Notes: generated by a model not told the origin, from the sequence alone. A stretch of 64,000 nucleotides of DNA from an archaeon (GCA_038874115.1 JAVZDC010000001.1:70703-134702); one strand, 5' to 3'. Counted from the first letter of the stretch, positions 29,632 to 39,774 are shown. Program-made: numbers and translations.

Positions 29632-29706
29632 CGGGCCTGGTGGGATTTGAACCCACGATCAACGGCTTAGGAGTCCGTTGCCTTATCCAGGCTAGGCCAC
29701 AGGCCC
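29632..29706 (-). tRNA. tRNA-Arg (anticodon CCT)
   Basis: GGGCCTG TG GCCT AGCCTGGATA AGGC A ACGGA CTCCTAA GCCGT TGATC GTGGG TTCAAAT CCCAC CAGGCCC G; no encoded CCA. Confidence 0.93.
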
Positions 29707-29813
29707 TTTGCAAACAAAGTTTTATTATTTTTTAATGTAGTTGATTGGTATTTAAAAATTACTCCGACACAAAAACATCAAATATTTAATTATCGTCCAA
29801 CATCTGATTCTTT

Positions 29814-30740
29814 ATGGACTTTGAAATTCCGTTTGAAAAAATAAATAAAATTTTAAGAAAAAGAAAAATTAAAAAAGCTTTAATCCAATTGCCAGAAGGA
29901 TTAAAACCAATCTTTCAAGAAATTAAAAAGAATTTGGTTTGCGAATGTATTTTTTCTGGGGATTCTTGCTTTGGTGCTTGCGATCTAAGATTTTCAAAAG
30001 ATTGCGATGCCACAATTCATATTGGGCATAATTCTTTTGGGTTTGAAGAATTAGAAAACAAAAAAACAATATTCTGTGAAGTTTTAGCAAAAAATGTATC
30101 TTTTTCTAGATTATCTTCATCAAACCTTCCAAAAAAAGTCGGTTTACTTTCAAGTTTAGATTTCTTGGAATATTTGCCAAAAGTGAGGAGGATTTTAGAA
30201 GAAAAAGGGATAAAATGCTACGTTGGAGGACAAATTTTAGGTTGCAATTGGATAAATGCTTTAAAAATCAAAGACAAAGTGGATTGCTTTCTCGTTCTTT
30301 CATCAGGGATATTTCACGCTTTGGGAGTCCAGTACGCAACCAAGAAACCTGTTTTTAACTATAATCCATTTTCCGAAAGATTGGAAAAAATAGAGAAAGA
30401 CTTTGAAAAGGAAAAGTGGACTAGAATTGCTCTTGGAAAAAAAGCGAGATCTTTTGGAATCGTTTTAAGTTTAAAACCTGGGCAATATAAAATAAAAGTT
30501 GCTGAAAAACTTTTGGACATGATAAAAGAAAAAGGGTCGGAAGCAGAGCTTGTCTTACTCGACGATATTTTTCCTGAAAAGTTAGATTATTTGCCTTTCG
30601 ATGCTTTTGTGATAACTGCTTGCCCAAGAATTGTGATCGATGATTGGAAAAATTATCAAAAAGTAATTATTTTACCTGATGAATTAAATATAATTTTAGG
30701 AGATAAATATGAGCAAAAATCTAAAGAAGAAACAAAGTAA
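29814..30740 (+). CDS. dph2: Diphthamide biosynthesis protein Dph2
   Basis: IQLPEGL, CFGACD, HIGH, QILGC, FH, KPGQ, TACPRI. Confidence 0.92.
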   Translation: MDFEIPFEKINKILRKRKIKKALIQLPEGLKPIFQEIKKNLVCECIFSGDSCFGACDLRFSKDCDATIHIGHNSFGFEELENKKTIFCEVLAKNVSFSRLSSSNLPKKVGLLSSLDFLEYLPKVRRILEEKGIKCYVGGQILGCNWINALKIKDKVDCFLVLSSGIFHALGVQYATKKPVFNYNPFSERLEKIEKDFEKEKWTRIALGKKARSFGIVLSLKPGQYKIKVAEKLLDMIKEKGSEAELVLLDDIFPEKLDYLPFDAFVITACPRIVIDDWKNYQKVIILPDELNIILGDKYEQKSKEETK

Positions 30741-31158
30741 AAAAGTTTCGAACATATTTAAACAAATTAAACTAGCAGGAGAAATTGAAGAAAAGTTGAA
30801 GCAACATAAAACTGCTCTTGACAAAATACGAGTTGTTGAAGCTGAACTAAGTGAAATAAGAAGAAAAATTTTAGAAAGTAGTAAAGGGATCTCCGAGTAT
30901 GAGAGTGCATTTGGTACTTTATGGGATGATCTTGGCAGAGCCCCTTTAGTAATGCGGGGAAAAATAGCCACCCCGAAAGAATATGTAGAAAAAATAATTG
31001 AGCTTGGTGAACTAGAAAAAGAAGTTCCGCCTGAAATTAGAGAACTTGATAAAAAGTACCGGGATGTTTTAGAAAAGTATTTAAGAAAAGAAATAAATGC
31101 TGAGCAAGCACTTGAAGAAATAAAGAAGTTGCATAAAAAATATGGAAAAAAAGTATAA
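30709..31158 (+). CDS. Hypothetical helical/coiled-coil protein
   Basis: 149 aa, K/E-rich; SD AGGAGA. Confidence 0.6.
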   Translation: MSKNLKKKQSKKVSNIFKQIKLAGEIEEKLKQHKTALDKIRVVEAELSEIRRKILESSKGISEYESAFGTLWDDLGRAPLVMRGKIATPKEYVEKIIELGELEKEVPPEIRELDKKYRDVLEKYLRKEINAEQALEEIKKLHKKYGKKV

Positions 31159-31191
31159 ATATCTATTAATCGAAAAATAAGAGGGATTTAT

Positions 31192-31596
31192 GTGGAGAGA
31201 AGATCTTTAGAAGAATATAAAAAAAGAATAAATGAAGAAATAGAAAAAAAGATTAAAGAACGTGAAGAGGCTGAAAGAAAAATTAAAGAATTAAGTAAAA
31301 AAGAAGCCGAATTAGATAAAACGAGAAATAAATTGATAGCAAAAGTGTATGATATGATTGAAAATAGATTACTTTCGACAGAGGAGTGTAATATTTTCTT
31401 CGGTAATGTTGCACGATACCAGGATATAGATTCAAGTAAAGCAAAATTATTTTATGTGCAACAAGAGAAAGCTGTTGAAAAATTTGAAATCGCAGTTAAC
31501 TTAAAAGAAGAAATTCTTAAAGAGATTGCCGAACTTATCGAAAAAGTGGAAAAAAGAATATTCTCAACAAAAGAAAAAGAATCTAAAAAAGAATAG
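31192..31596 (+). CDS. Hypothetical coiled-coil protein
   Basis: 134 aa, K/E-rich heptads. Confidence 0.6.
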   Translation: MERRSLEEYKKRINEEIEKKIKEREEAERKIKELSKKEAELDKTRNKLIAKVYDMIENRLLSTEECNIFFGNVARYQDIDSSKAKLFYVQQEKAVEKFEIAVNLKEEILKEIAELIEKVEKRIFSTKEKESKKE

Positions 31597-32218
31597 TTCC
31601 TTTGAAAGGTTCGTTGTTTAAAACTTTTTTTAAATTCTTTAAATCTTTTCCGACAATGAAAACTTTCATCTTGTTCTTTTGAGCCAATCTTGCAGCGATA
31701 GGATCGAATGGGGCATGCATTCCAGGCTTCCATTCTCCAAATATTTTTAAATAATCATTCCAACTCATCTTTTCAATTTTCTTTGCATCCGGATATTTTG
31801 GGTCTTTATCATAAACATAATCTACATTCGTAACGTTAATTATTCTTTTAATCCTGTTCTTTTTTGCAAAAATAACGGCATCATAATCCGTACTCCAACC
31901 AGGCTTCCATCCGCAAAAAACCATTACTTTACTTTTAAACTTAACGTTTGGGTTTTTGTATACTTTTTCTAAACCGAAAAACTTAGCCACAAGGAAAGCA
32001 TTAAGCTCGGTAGCTTTTATGCCAATTAGATCCAAATTATATGTTTCTGGACTAACAGTCTTTAATGCCTCTTGATATTTTCTAGCCGTTTTTCCACCTC
32101 CAACAAAAATAGCTTTTTTCCCATTAATCGATAAAACAAGATTTCGAAATTTTTTCAAAAAGTCAACATCTATAAAATCTGAAACAAAAGTGGAACCTCC
32201 AAGAGAAATGACCTGCAT
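31583..32218 (-). CDS. pyrH: UMP kinase
   Basis: ISLGGS, VGGGKTAR, PGWSTD, TNVDYVYDKDP, FDPIA. Confidence 0.93.
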   Translation of the reverse strand: MQVISLGGSTFVSDFIDVDFLKKFRNLVLSINGKKAIFVGGGKTARKYQEALKTVSPETYNLDLIGIKATELNAFLVAKFFGLEKVYKNPNVKFKSKVMVFCGWKPGWSTDYDAVIFAKKNRIKRIINVTNVDYVYDKDPKYPDAKKIEKMSWNDYLKIFGEWKPGMHAPFDPIAARLAQKNKMKVFIVGKDLKNLKKVLNNEPFKGTILF

Positions 32219-32269
32219 GATACATAAAAAACATCACGTTTATATATTCTTTTTCTAAAAAATAATGTC

Positions 32270-33448
32270 ATGGAAAAATCTACAGCTCTTTATGAATTAA
32301 AAAAACAAATAAAAATTTTAAAAAGCATAAAAGGAGAAGCTACAGAATTAATAAGTGTGTACATTCCACAGAATGGAAACGTGAACGATATTGTAAATCA
32401 GTTAAGGCTTGAGTATAGCACTGCAGCAAACATAAAATCGAAACAAACTAGAAAAAACGTGCAAGCAGCAATAGAAAGTTTGATAGGTATGTTAAAAGGA
32501 GTACACAAAGCTCCGGAAAATGGTTTGGCCGTGTTTGCTGGAAACATAAATGGAAAAATAGTTACTTTTCAAATAATACCTCCTGAACCAGTAAACGTTA
32601 AACTTTATCACTGCGATTCTAGTTTTAAAACGCAGCCTTTAGAAGATCTATTGGAAACTAAAGATTTGGTGGCCCTTCTTACTTTAGACAGAAGAGAAGC
32701 TACTTTCGCTATTTTGAAAGGGAAAAATGTAACTATTCTTGAATATTTAACATCAGGAATTCCGGGGAAACATGGGAAAGGAGGCCAAAGTAAACTTAGG
32801 TTCGAGAGAATACATGATCAAGAAGTTCAAGCATTTTATAAAAGAATTGCAGAGAATGCGAATAAACTTTTTGCAGATCCAAAAATAAAATTTATTCTCC
32901 TTGGTGGGTCTGGCCCTTCAAAATATGACTTTGTAAAATCCGGTTATTTGCACACAGACATTGAGAAAAAGATTTTGAGAATTTTTGATACTGGATACAC
33001 AGATGAAATAGGGATTAAGGAGCTTGTAGATAAATCTACAGAAGTATTTAAAGATTTGGAAATATCACGCGAAAAAGAAGTTATGCAAGAATTTTTCCAA
33101 AAAATATTGAACGATAAAGCAACATATGGAGTAAAAGAAGTTTTAAATGCGATAGAAGAAAGACGGGCAGCCAAAATACTGATTTCTGAAGGATTTTCGG
33201 TTAAAAGAATAAAATTAAAATGCTCAAAATGTGGAGCGGAAGAAGAGGAGTTTTCAGAAAAAGCAATTGAAAAACCTTGCGTGTGCGGGGGAGTTAAACA
33301 AATAAGTGAAGAAAAAGATCTTGCAGATGAAATAATCAATTTAGCTGAGAATCAAAATATTGATGTTGAAACTATTTCTATAGATACGTACGAAGGAAAA
33401 CAATTACTTCAAGGATTCGGAGGAGTTGGAGCGATATTAAGGTACTAA
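32270..33448 (+). CDS. prf1: Peptide chain release factor aRF1
   Basis: NIKS, YHCD, GKHGKGGQS, FGGVGAILRY. Confidence 0.96.
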   Translation: MEKSTALYELKKQIKILKSIKGEATELISVYIPQNGNVNDIVNQLRLEYSTAANIKSKQTRKNVQAAIESLIGMLKGVHKAPENGLAVFAGNINGKIVTFQIIPPEPVNVKLYHCDSSFKTQPLEDLLETKDLVALLTLDRREATFAILKGKNVTILEYLTSGIPGKHGKGGQSKLRFERIHDQEVQAFYKRIAENANKLFADPKIKFILLGGSGPSKYDFVKSGYLHTDIEKKILRIFDTGYTDEIGIKELVDKSTEVFKDLEISREKEVMQEFFQKILNDKATYGVKEVLNAIEERRAAKILISEGFSVKRIKLKCSKCGAEEEEFSEKAIEKPCVCGGVKQISEEKDLADEIINLAENQNIDVETISIDTYEGKQLLQGFGGVGAILRY

Positions 33449-33460
33449 TCATTGATTCAT

Positions 33461-34546
33461 ATGTTAATTTATAAAAAAGTTCCAGAAGATTTTATTGTTG
33501 AAGAAATAACGCCAGAGAAAATAGTAATTGAGTTTGGAAAAGAATACGAATTTGAGAATGGCCAAGGTCCTTATTTGAAATGCTACTTAGAAAAAGTAAA
33601 CTGGGATAATCACGTTGCTTTTAAGAAAATTTCCAAACTCCTACATGTCTCAGTAAAAAGAATTGGGTTTGCAGGAACAAAAGATAAAAAAGCGTGCACT
33701 ACTCAAAGAATATCGATTTGGGGGATAAAAAAAGAACAAATAGAGAAATTAAAAATAAAAGACATGCGCATAATTCCAATCAAATACTCAGACAAACCGG
33801 TAGAACTTGGTGATTTATATGGAAACAGATTCACAGTAAAAATATATTGTGAAAAATTCGATTTCTGTGATGAGATTCCAAATTTTTATGGCTTCCAAAG
33901 GTTTGGAGAAACTAGACCGATAACTCATAAAGTCGGGTTAAAAATATTACAAGGTGACTTGGAGGGGGCGGTTAAAAGCTACTTGTGTGAAAGTTTCGGA
34001 ACCGAAAGTAAAATGCATAAAGAAGTACGGGAAAGACTGGCAAAAGACTTTAATTATAAAGAAGCTTTAACTTATTTTCCAAAATCTCTCTATTTTGAAA
34101 GGTTAATTTTGAGTCATTTGGTCAGATACCCTAACGATTATGCTGGGGCTTTGAGAAAATTACCGAAATTTCTAAAAATCATGTTTATCCATGCTGTTCA
34201 AGCTTGGCTTTTCAATAAGTTTTTATTGAAAAATATGAAAGAAGGAAGAAAATATGCGGATGGACCTTTATTTGGTTATGAATTAGAATGCGATGACTTT
34301 GAACAAGTCTTTCTTGAAAGTTTTGGTTTAAAAAAAGAGAACTTTTTAGTTAAAAAAATGCCTGAAATGAGTTCTAAAGGGGAAAGAAGGCCTTGTTTTG
34401 TAAAAGTTGAAGATTTTAAAATTTTGGAAAGAACAAACGATTTTTTAAAAATTAGATTTTCTTTGCCTAAAAGCAGCTATGCTACAGTTGCTTTGTCTTG
34501 GTGGTGTGAGAGAGATGAATTTTTAAAGAAGATAGAGAATCTTTAA
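33461..34546 (+). CDS. truD: tRNA pseudouridine(13) synthase TruD
   Basis: PEDFIVEE, FAGTKDK, GNRF, PNFYGFQRFG, LPKSSYAT. Confidence 0.93.
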   Translation: MLIYKKVPEDFIVEEITPEKIVIEFGKEYEFENGQGPYLKCYLEKVNWDNHVAFKKISKLLHVSVKRIGFAGTKDKKACTTQRISIWGIKKEQIEKLKIKDMRIIPIKYSDKPVELGDLYGNRFTVKIYCEKFDFCDEIPNFYGFQRFGETRPITHKVGLKILQGDLEGAVKSYLCESFGTESKMHKEVRERLAKDFNYKEALTYFPKSLYFERLILSHLVRYPNDYAGALRKLPKFLKIMFIHAVQAWLFNKFLLKNMKEGRKYADGPLFGYELECDDFEQVFLESFGLKKENFLVKKMPEMSSKGERRPCFVKVEDFKILERTNDFLKIRFSLPKSSYATVALSWWCERDEFLKKIENL

Positions 34547-35904
34547 ACTTTTTCAAATATCCAAATTTTTTCATCTTGGTAAATCAGTCTTAATTTTCCT
34601 TTTTCAACCAAATCTAAAAGATTGCTTGGACTCTCTTCTCCACCATCATAATAAATATAATTTGCAGAATATTTATCTAAAATTTGAAGAACTTCTTTTT
34701 CGGATCCTGAAAAAACTTTTTGAATATCTTTAAACCTTTCATCCGGGTTAGGAGCATATTCTAAATAAGCATCCATTACGTTCTTTCTATTCGCTATTCC
34801 AGCAATCCAGTGTCCATACCACATTGAAGCTAAAATTGTTGAATTTTCCGGAGTATTTTCTTTCAAAAATTTAAAAGCTTTGAATTGACTTACGTTTGGA
34901 GATATCAAAGCTACCGCACCTATTCCAAGCAAAACTGTAACAAAACAATAAAAAATAAATAAAGATTTAAAGAAAACGTAATTTACATTGAATTTTTTAG
35001 CTAAAAACTTCAAATTTCCTTGTAGATTTTCTGATACTAAAAGTGCAAGAGGAACAATAATTTGCTCATTAAATCTATTTCCTAATAAAAGAGGGATTAA
35101 AATTGCGATGAATAACCATTTCTTTAAAAAAGTATCTTTTGTTCTAAACCAAGCTATAAAACCAATCAATAAAATTCCAAATTGGATACTGTCCTGGTTA
35201 CTAAACGTTTCAAAGATATAATATTGAGGACCACGTTGTAATTCAGTAAATTGAGAATAAACGTTTGAAGCTTTTGGGAAGCCATATTGAAGAATGGTTG
35301 GAATAAACCATAAAGAAAATATCGTTAATCCTAAGACTATTGGAATTAAAGATTTCTTTTTGTATAAAACGAAAGAAATGAATGAGCCAACAGCTCCGAC
35401 TGCTGGATGGATCAAAAAGGAAGTTCCAAGGGATAAACCTGAAAGAATCTTTTTATCTATAAACATTAAAGAAAGCATGAAGAAAAATAAGGAAGGGAGT
35501 CTTGGGTTTATGTGCCCAGATAAGTAAATAGAAATATGCATAATTCCTACAAAAACAGCACAAAGAGTTGCTTTTTTTTCATTCTTGAAGTAATTTAAAC
35601 TAAAAAAATATGCTAAAAGCACGAGTAAACAACCAAAGAAAACGTTTACGAATTCTTTGAAATTAAAAAATATCGCTAGTATAACAGGATACCCTAAAGG
35701 GTATGTTAATGGCCTTCCACCATAAGAAAGTGGGTCAAAAAACTGATTATTAATAAGAAGTTCTGCATTTCTTATATGGAAATATGTAGTAAATCCAATT
35801 ATGTTTCCTTGCCCGTAAAGTAAATAATGAATTATTTGAGGCAAGGAATATATGATGAAAAAAGTTATGAATAAAAGTAAAGGAAGTTTAGTAGACTTTA
35901 CCAT
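34543..35904 (-). CDS. AglB/STT3-like GT-C membrane protein with degenerate motifs
   Basis: TTYFHIR, DPLSYGGR.LTYP, multi-TM, FLKENTPENSTILASMWYGHWI (compare SWWDYG). Confidence 0.65.
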   Translation of the reverse strand: MVKSTKLPLLLFITFFIIYSLPQIIHYLLYGQGNIIGFTTYFHIRNAELLINNQFFDPLSYGGRPLTYPLGYPVILAIFFNFKEFVNVFFGCLLVLLAYFFSLNYFKNEKKATLCAVFVGIMHISIYLSGHINPRLPSLFFFMLSLMFIDKKILSGLSLGTSFLIHPAVGAVGSFISFVLYKKKSLIPIVLGLTIFSLWFIPTILQYGFPKASNVYSQFTELQRGPQYYIFETFSNQDSIQFGILLIGFIAWFRTKDTFLKKWLFIAILIPLLLGNRFNEQIIVPLALLVSENLQGNLKFLAKKFNVNYVFFKSLFIFYCFVTVLLGIGAVALISPNVSQFKAFKFLKENTPENSTILASMWYGHWIAGIANRKNVMDAYLEYAPNPDERFKDIQKVFSGSEKEVLQILDKYSANYIYYDGGEESPSNLLDLVEKGKLRLIYQDEKIWIFEKV

Positions 35905-37254
35905 TTATTTCACCCTGTACAACGCGCCTTCTCCATATTCATTCCAAGTTATTGCTATCCTTTCGTGCTTATACGCATCCAAATTAAATGCTCCCCAATC
36001 TGAAGTTGAGAACACCACATAATCTACCCCGTATTTTTTCAAAATATCTTCTACAAAGTCTGGATTGGAAGTCCAAAAAATAGATTCGAAATCTTTCCAT
36101 TTTTTAAAGTTTGGTAAAGATTCAAAATAAAGGTCTAATTCGCAAGATTTATTAAACAAAGTTAGGATTAAACCACAAGAAGTATAAGAACCAAGTAAAG
36201 TGCCATTTTTTTCTGAAGCCTTCTCAAATATCAAGTAATCTGCCTTTGTAAATGGGGGGGTTTGAACATAAGAATTAAGGTAACCAACCAATATCAAGCA
36301 TACTGCTAGAACTATACAAGATATCGGAATTAAAGAATTCTTTGTTTTATTTATAAAACTTGGTAGTAATAAGGAAAAGGATATTGAAATAAATAAAGGG
36401 TACCTCCATGGATGGAAAGCCTGAGTGAAATAATGGGTTAAGAAAAGAGTACAAGATATTAAAAACCATATAAACATTGCTTTTTCAAAATTGGATTGTT
36501 TTTTTGGGATGAAAAATAAACATGTAAAGAGTCCTAATAAAATTGCTGGGGTATAGTACTTCATCCAATAATCTATTGTTTTTGAAACAAATTCTGTGCC
36601 AAACTCATTAGAAAAGCTAGATGCTTGGGATAATAATGGCAAATAATATATTAGTAAAAAACTTAGAGCCGGGGCAAAGACCCAATATTTCTTCTCTTTT
36701 TCCAGAAACAATAAAGATAAAATTGGGACTGATACTAACAAGAAACCAAAAATGTTAAAGAAGGAAGATAAAAATATAAAAATACAGGAATGGAAATATT
36801 TTTTATTTTCTATAAAATAAAGGGCTGTCAGACCGAGAAGAACAGAAATAATTTCCGGAGAATCATAACTCGCGTTTATAATAAAAGGTAGAAATGCTAA
36901 AAAGAAGATACTTAAATATGTTTTTTCTTTTAGGTGTTTTTTAAATAAGAAAGGGGTTAAACATAAACTCCAACTTGCCGCTGCGATAATAAAGCGAGAA
37001 ATTTGCAAAGTGGAAACTCCGGAGATTAAGCTTAGGAAAGCAAGCAAAATATGATAACCAGGAACATAAAAATTTGGTCTAGGTTCTGGCCAAGGAATTT
37101 CTGAAACAAAACCTTTAGATTTAAATAATTCTGCCATTCTTGCATGCCAATAAGAATCGTACTTTAAAGGATATTCGTATGCGAAAACAGGGATAAACCT
37201 GACTGCAAAAGCCCCAACCAAAATCAGTATAATTAACAAAAGCTTAACATTCAT
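35905..37254 (-). CDS. Second AglB/STT3-like GT-C membrane protein
   Basis: VRFIP...YDSYWHARMA, YVPGYH, multi-TM, PWRY, ILKKYGVDYVV. Confidence 0.6.
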   Translation of the reverse strand: MNVKLLLIILILVGAFAVRFIPVFAYEYPLKYDSYWHARMAELFKSKGFVSEIPWPEPRPNFYVPGYHILLAFLSLISGVSTLQISRFIIAAASWSLCLTPFLFKKHLKEKTYLSIFFLAFLPFIINASYDSPEIISVLLGLTALYFIENKKYFHSCIFIFLSSFFNIFGFLLVSVPILSLLFLEKEKKYWVFAPALSFLLIYYLPLLSQASSFSNEFGTEFVSKTIDYWMKYYTPAILLGLFTCLFFIPKKQSNFEKAMFIWFLISCTLFLTHYFTQAFHPWRYPLFISISFSLLLPSFINKTKNSLIPISCIVLAVCLILVGYLNSYVQTPPFTKADYLIFEKASEKNGTLLGSYTSCGLILTLFNKSCELDLYFESLPNFKKWKDFESIFWTSNPDFVEDILKKYGVDYVVFSTSDWGAFNLDAYKHERIAITWNEYGEGALYRVK

Positions 37255-37257
37255 TTT

Positions 37258-37671
37258 CTAATCACTCTTTAAAGTCAAATAATGAGGTCTTTTAAAAGAC
37301 CCAAGTGAATCTAAAGGTTTGTCTTTTTCATAAAATCTTATTTCAATAAAATCTGAACTAGAAACATTTAAACATCTCACTATGCTTTTGTTCCCTTGAA
37401 CCGAAAAATTAAAAGTATCGATTAAATTTTTGTTTCCATAGATTTCAAAGATAAAAGATTTTTGATTTTCAGAAAAAAGGGTTAAATTTAAACAGTCTCC
37501 GATTTTCTTCACGCTTGCGAACCCAAGCTCTTTTTCTATGTTTGGATTTTTTATATAATTACTTGAAAAAGATACAAAAATTATGATTACTGTGGATATA
37601 AAAACTAAAACAAAAAGCATTGTGTCTTCTTTTAAATCAATTGTTTTCCAAAAATCTTTGAAACCCAGCAT
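37258..37671 (-). CDS. Hypothetical membrane-anchored protein
   Basis: One TM and a small soluble domain; within the glycosylation operon. Confidence 0.55.
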   Translation of the reverse strand: MLGFKDFWKTIDLKEDTMLFVLVFISTVIIIFVSFSSNYIKNPNIEKELGFASVKKIGDCLNLTLFSENQKSFIFEIYGNKNLIDTFNFSVQGNKSIVRCLNVSSSDFIEIRFYEKDKPLDSLGSFKRPHYLTLKSD

Positions 37672-38327
37672 TTTAACACCATAACTATATTATAAAATGA
37701 TTCATCTAAAAGCCTTCTTTGTATGTATTTTGATAAACTTCTATGTCTTTGTCTTGGGTTTTCGCCCTCATAAGTAACTTTAACCGGAACAAACTCAACT
37801 TTTAAATTATTGAAACCTGCTTTAAACATTATCTCGGCTTCAATTCTATAATCTTTCATTTTTGTGTCAAGTTTTAAAAAAGTGCTCTTTCTTATTGCCC
37901 TAAAACCGCTTAAACAATCCGGATATTTTTTCAAGGTTCCTAAGAAAATAGCCAAACAAGTTAATTTATTCGTTATAACTCTTTGCCAAGGGATAACGCT
38001 CATGTCTCTTGCTCCAACAACCATGTCGCAATGTTTCAATCTTCTTTCAAGTTTTGGAATCTCTCTTGGGTCAAACTGAGACGAATCAATAAAAATCAAA
38101 ATGTCTTCTTTTGCTTCTCTTGCTCCAGTCCTCATCGCTTCTCCCTTCCCTCTGTTTGTTTCGTGCCGTATAACTTTTACTCCTTTAACTTTCATTGCTT
38201 CCCTAGAAGTATCATCTTTAGACCCATCGTCAACAACTATCACTTCTTGATTAGTATTTTTCTTTATTTCTTTTAAAGTCTTTTGAATAACGTTTTCATC
38301 GTTATATGCTGGAACAATAACTGTCAT
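37632..38327 (-). CDS. GT2 glycosyltransferase (dolichol-phosphate sugar synthase-like)
   Basis: VIVPAYND, VVDDGSKD, NRGKG, FIDS, VVGAR, DCLSGFR. Confidence 0.9.
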   Translation of the reverse strand: MTVIVPAYNDENVIQKTLKEIKKNTNQEVIVVDDGSKDDTSREAMKVKGVKVIRHETNRGKGEAMRTGAREAKEDILIFIDSSQFDPREIPKLERRLKHCDMVVGARDMSVIPWQRVITNKLTCLAIFLGTLKKYPDCLSGFRAIRKSTFLKLDTKMKDYRIEAEIMFKAGFNNLKVEFVPVKVTYEGENPRQRHRSLSKYIQRRLLDESFYNIVMVLKCWVSKIFGKQLI

Positions 38328-39194
38328 TTAAACATCACTTTTTACAAACATATTTGCTAAAAAGCTTAAAATTAATGGTACCCAAAATCTCATAATGCCA
38401 TAAGAAATTATAAAGCTTGCTATAGTTTGTGGGTCGAATTTAAAATAACCACTACTTAAAACCCAAGCTATTAAAGCATCGTTCACTCCCACCCCTTGCG
38501 GGGTTATGGATACTGCGTTTATTGAACTTGAAAATGAACCTAAAAGTAAGTAATGTATTGTGGTTAAGTCTCTACCAGAACTTAAAACCGCGAAATATAC
38601 GCATAGGAACTCGAAAAAAATGCTTATGATTAAAAAGAACATGATTTTCATGGATTGAGTTATTGAAAGTTTTTCCAAATGTCTTCTCATACATTCCGCG
38701 ATCTTCTTAGAGTAGTAATTTCTGAACTTCATTCTTTGAAAAAATACTATGAAAATTATGAAAACTAGAATTGCAAACATTGTGGAAAGAATCACTGGAT
38801 AAAAAGAATAAGCATCAAAGGAATACTTGGATAAAAGAATAAGGGCGATTGCTAGTAAAATTATTGAAAAAAATGATCTGAAGACTTTTACGATTAAACT
38901 CGTGCTTAAAACTTCTGATCTGCTAAGCTTCATTTTTTTTGCCCAAATTATCCTTGCAACATCAGTACCTATTCCTGGAACTGAAACTCCTTGGAAGGAA
39001 AGAAAGTTTAGCAAAATTGCCTTTTTTCTTCCCGTCCTTAAAATAGAATCCCAAGAAAGGGACCAAAACACGATTGAAAGAGTGAAGCTTAAAGATCCAA
39101 GAATTAAAGGGAGGATGTATATTTTTGGATTAAAAACCGCATAAATTCCTAGAAAAAGCAAAAATATTATAAAAAGAGTGGAAATTTTATTCAT
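38328..39194 (-). CDS. Flippase-like membrane protein (UPF0104/AglD C-terminal type)
   Basis: GTDVAR, TPQGVGVND, multi-TM. Confidence 0.75.
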   Translation of the reverse strand: MNKISTLFIIFLLFLGIYAVFNPKIYILPLILGSLSFTLSIVFWSLSWDSILRTGRKKAILLNFLSFQGVSVPGIGTDVARIIWAKKMKLSRSEVLSTSLIVKVFRSFFSIILLAIALILLSKYSFDAYSFYPVILSTMFAILVFIIFIVFFQRMKFRNYYSKKIAECMRRHLEKLSITQSMKIMFFLIISIFFEFLCVYFAVLSSGRDLTTIHYLLLGSFSSSINAVSITPQGVGVNDALIAWVLSSGYFKFDPQTIASFIISYGIMRFWVPLILSFLANMFVKSDV

Positions 39195-39718
39195 GGCAAA
39201 TAACCTCTTAGAACCATGTATTCCGCATAAAGAGCCTGACTTGATTTTGCATAAAATTCTAATTTATTCTCAGAAATTTTTACCAAATTTTCTTTTGATT
39301 CTGGAAAAGCAATAAATATTGTTGGACTTTCAGGTTTTTTAATGCATTTGTCTTCATGGTATACTTTTGATAAATTCCCGGATTTGTATTCAAAGTATTC
39401 GCAAGAAGAGTTAGTTAGGTCATAGATTAAATAAGTGAAAGACTTGTTTCTTTGGGCCAAATCTTTAACCAATTGCATCCCTGTCGTAAATATTAAAGTA
39501 TTTTCTGAAGAGTTTCCTTTTGATTCCACCCAAATGTTAAAATGATCTTTATTGAAAAAATCTTTAAATTCGTTAGTTATGTCTCCCTGGCCGTAAATGC
39601 AAAAATCTGCATAACACTGTTTTGTTTGTGGTTTTATAACTTGCGCAAATATTAATATGTTTAGTATTACTAATGAAAAAACCACTATAGAAATCAAAAT
39701 AGTTTCTTTTTTGAACAT
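39191..39718 (-). CDS. Hypothetical membrane-anchored secreted protein
   Basis: N-terminal TM, Cys pairs, sequons. Confidence 0.6.
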   Translation of the reverse strand: MFKKETILISIVVFSLVILNILIFAQVIKPQTKQCYADFCIYGQGDITNEFKDFFNKDHFNIWVESKGNSSENTLIFTTGMQLVKDLAQRNKSFTYLIYDLTNSSCEYFEYKSGNLSKVYHEDKCIKKPESPTIFIAFPESKENLVKISENKLEFYAKSSQALYAEYMVLRGYLP

Positions 39719-39774
39719 AAAAGTCTTCTTAAAAAAGTATTTTTAATATTTAAAGTTTTTTGAAGAAAAATAAA

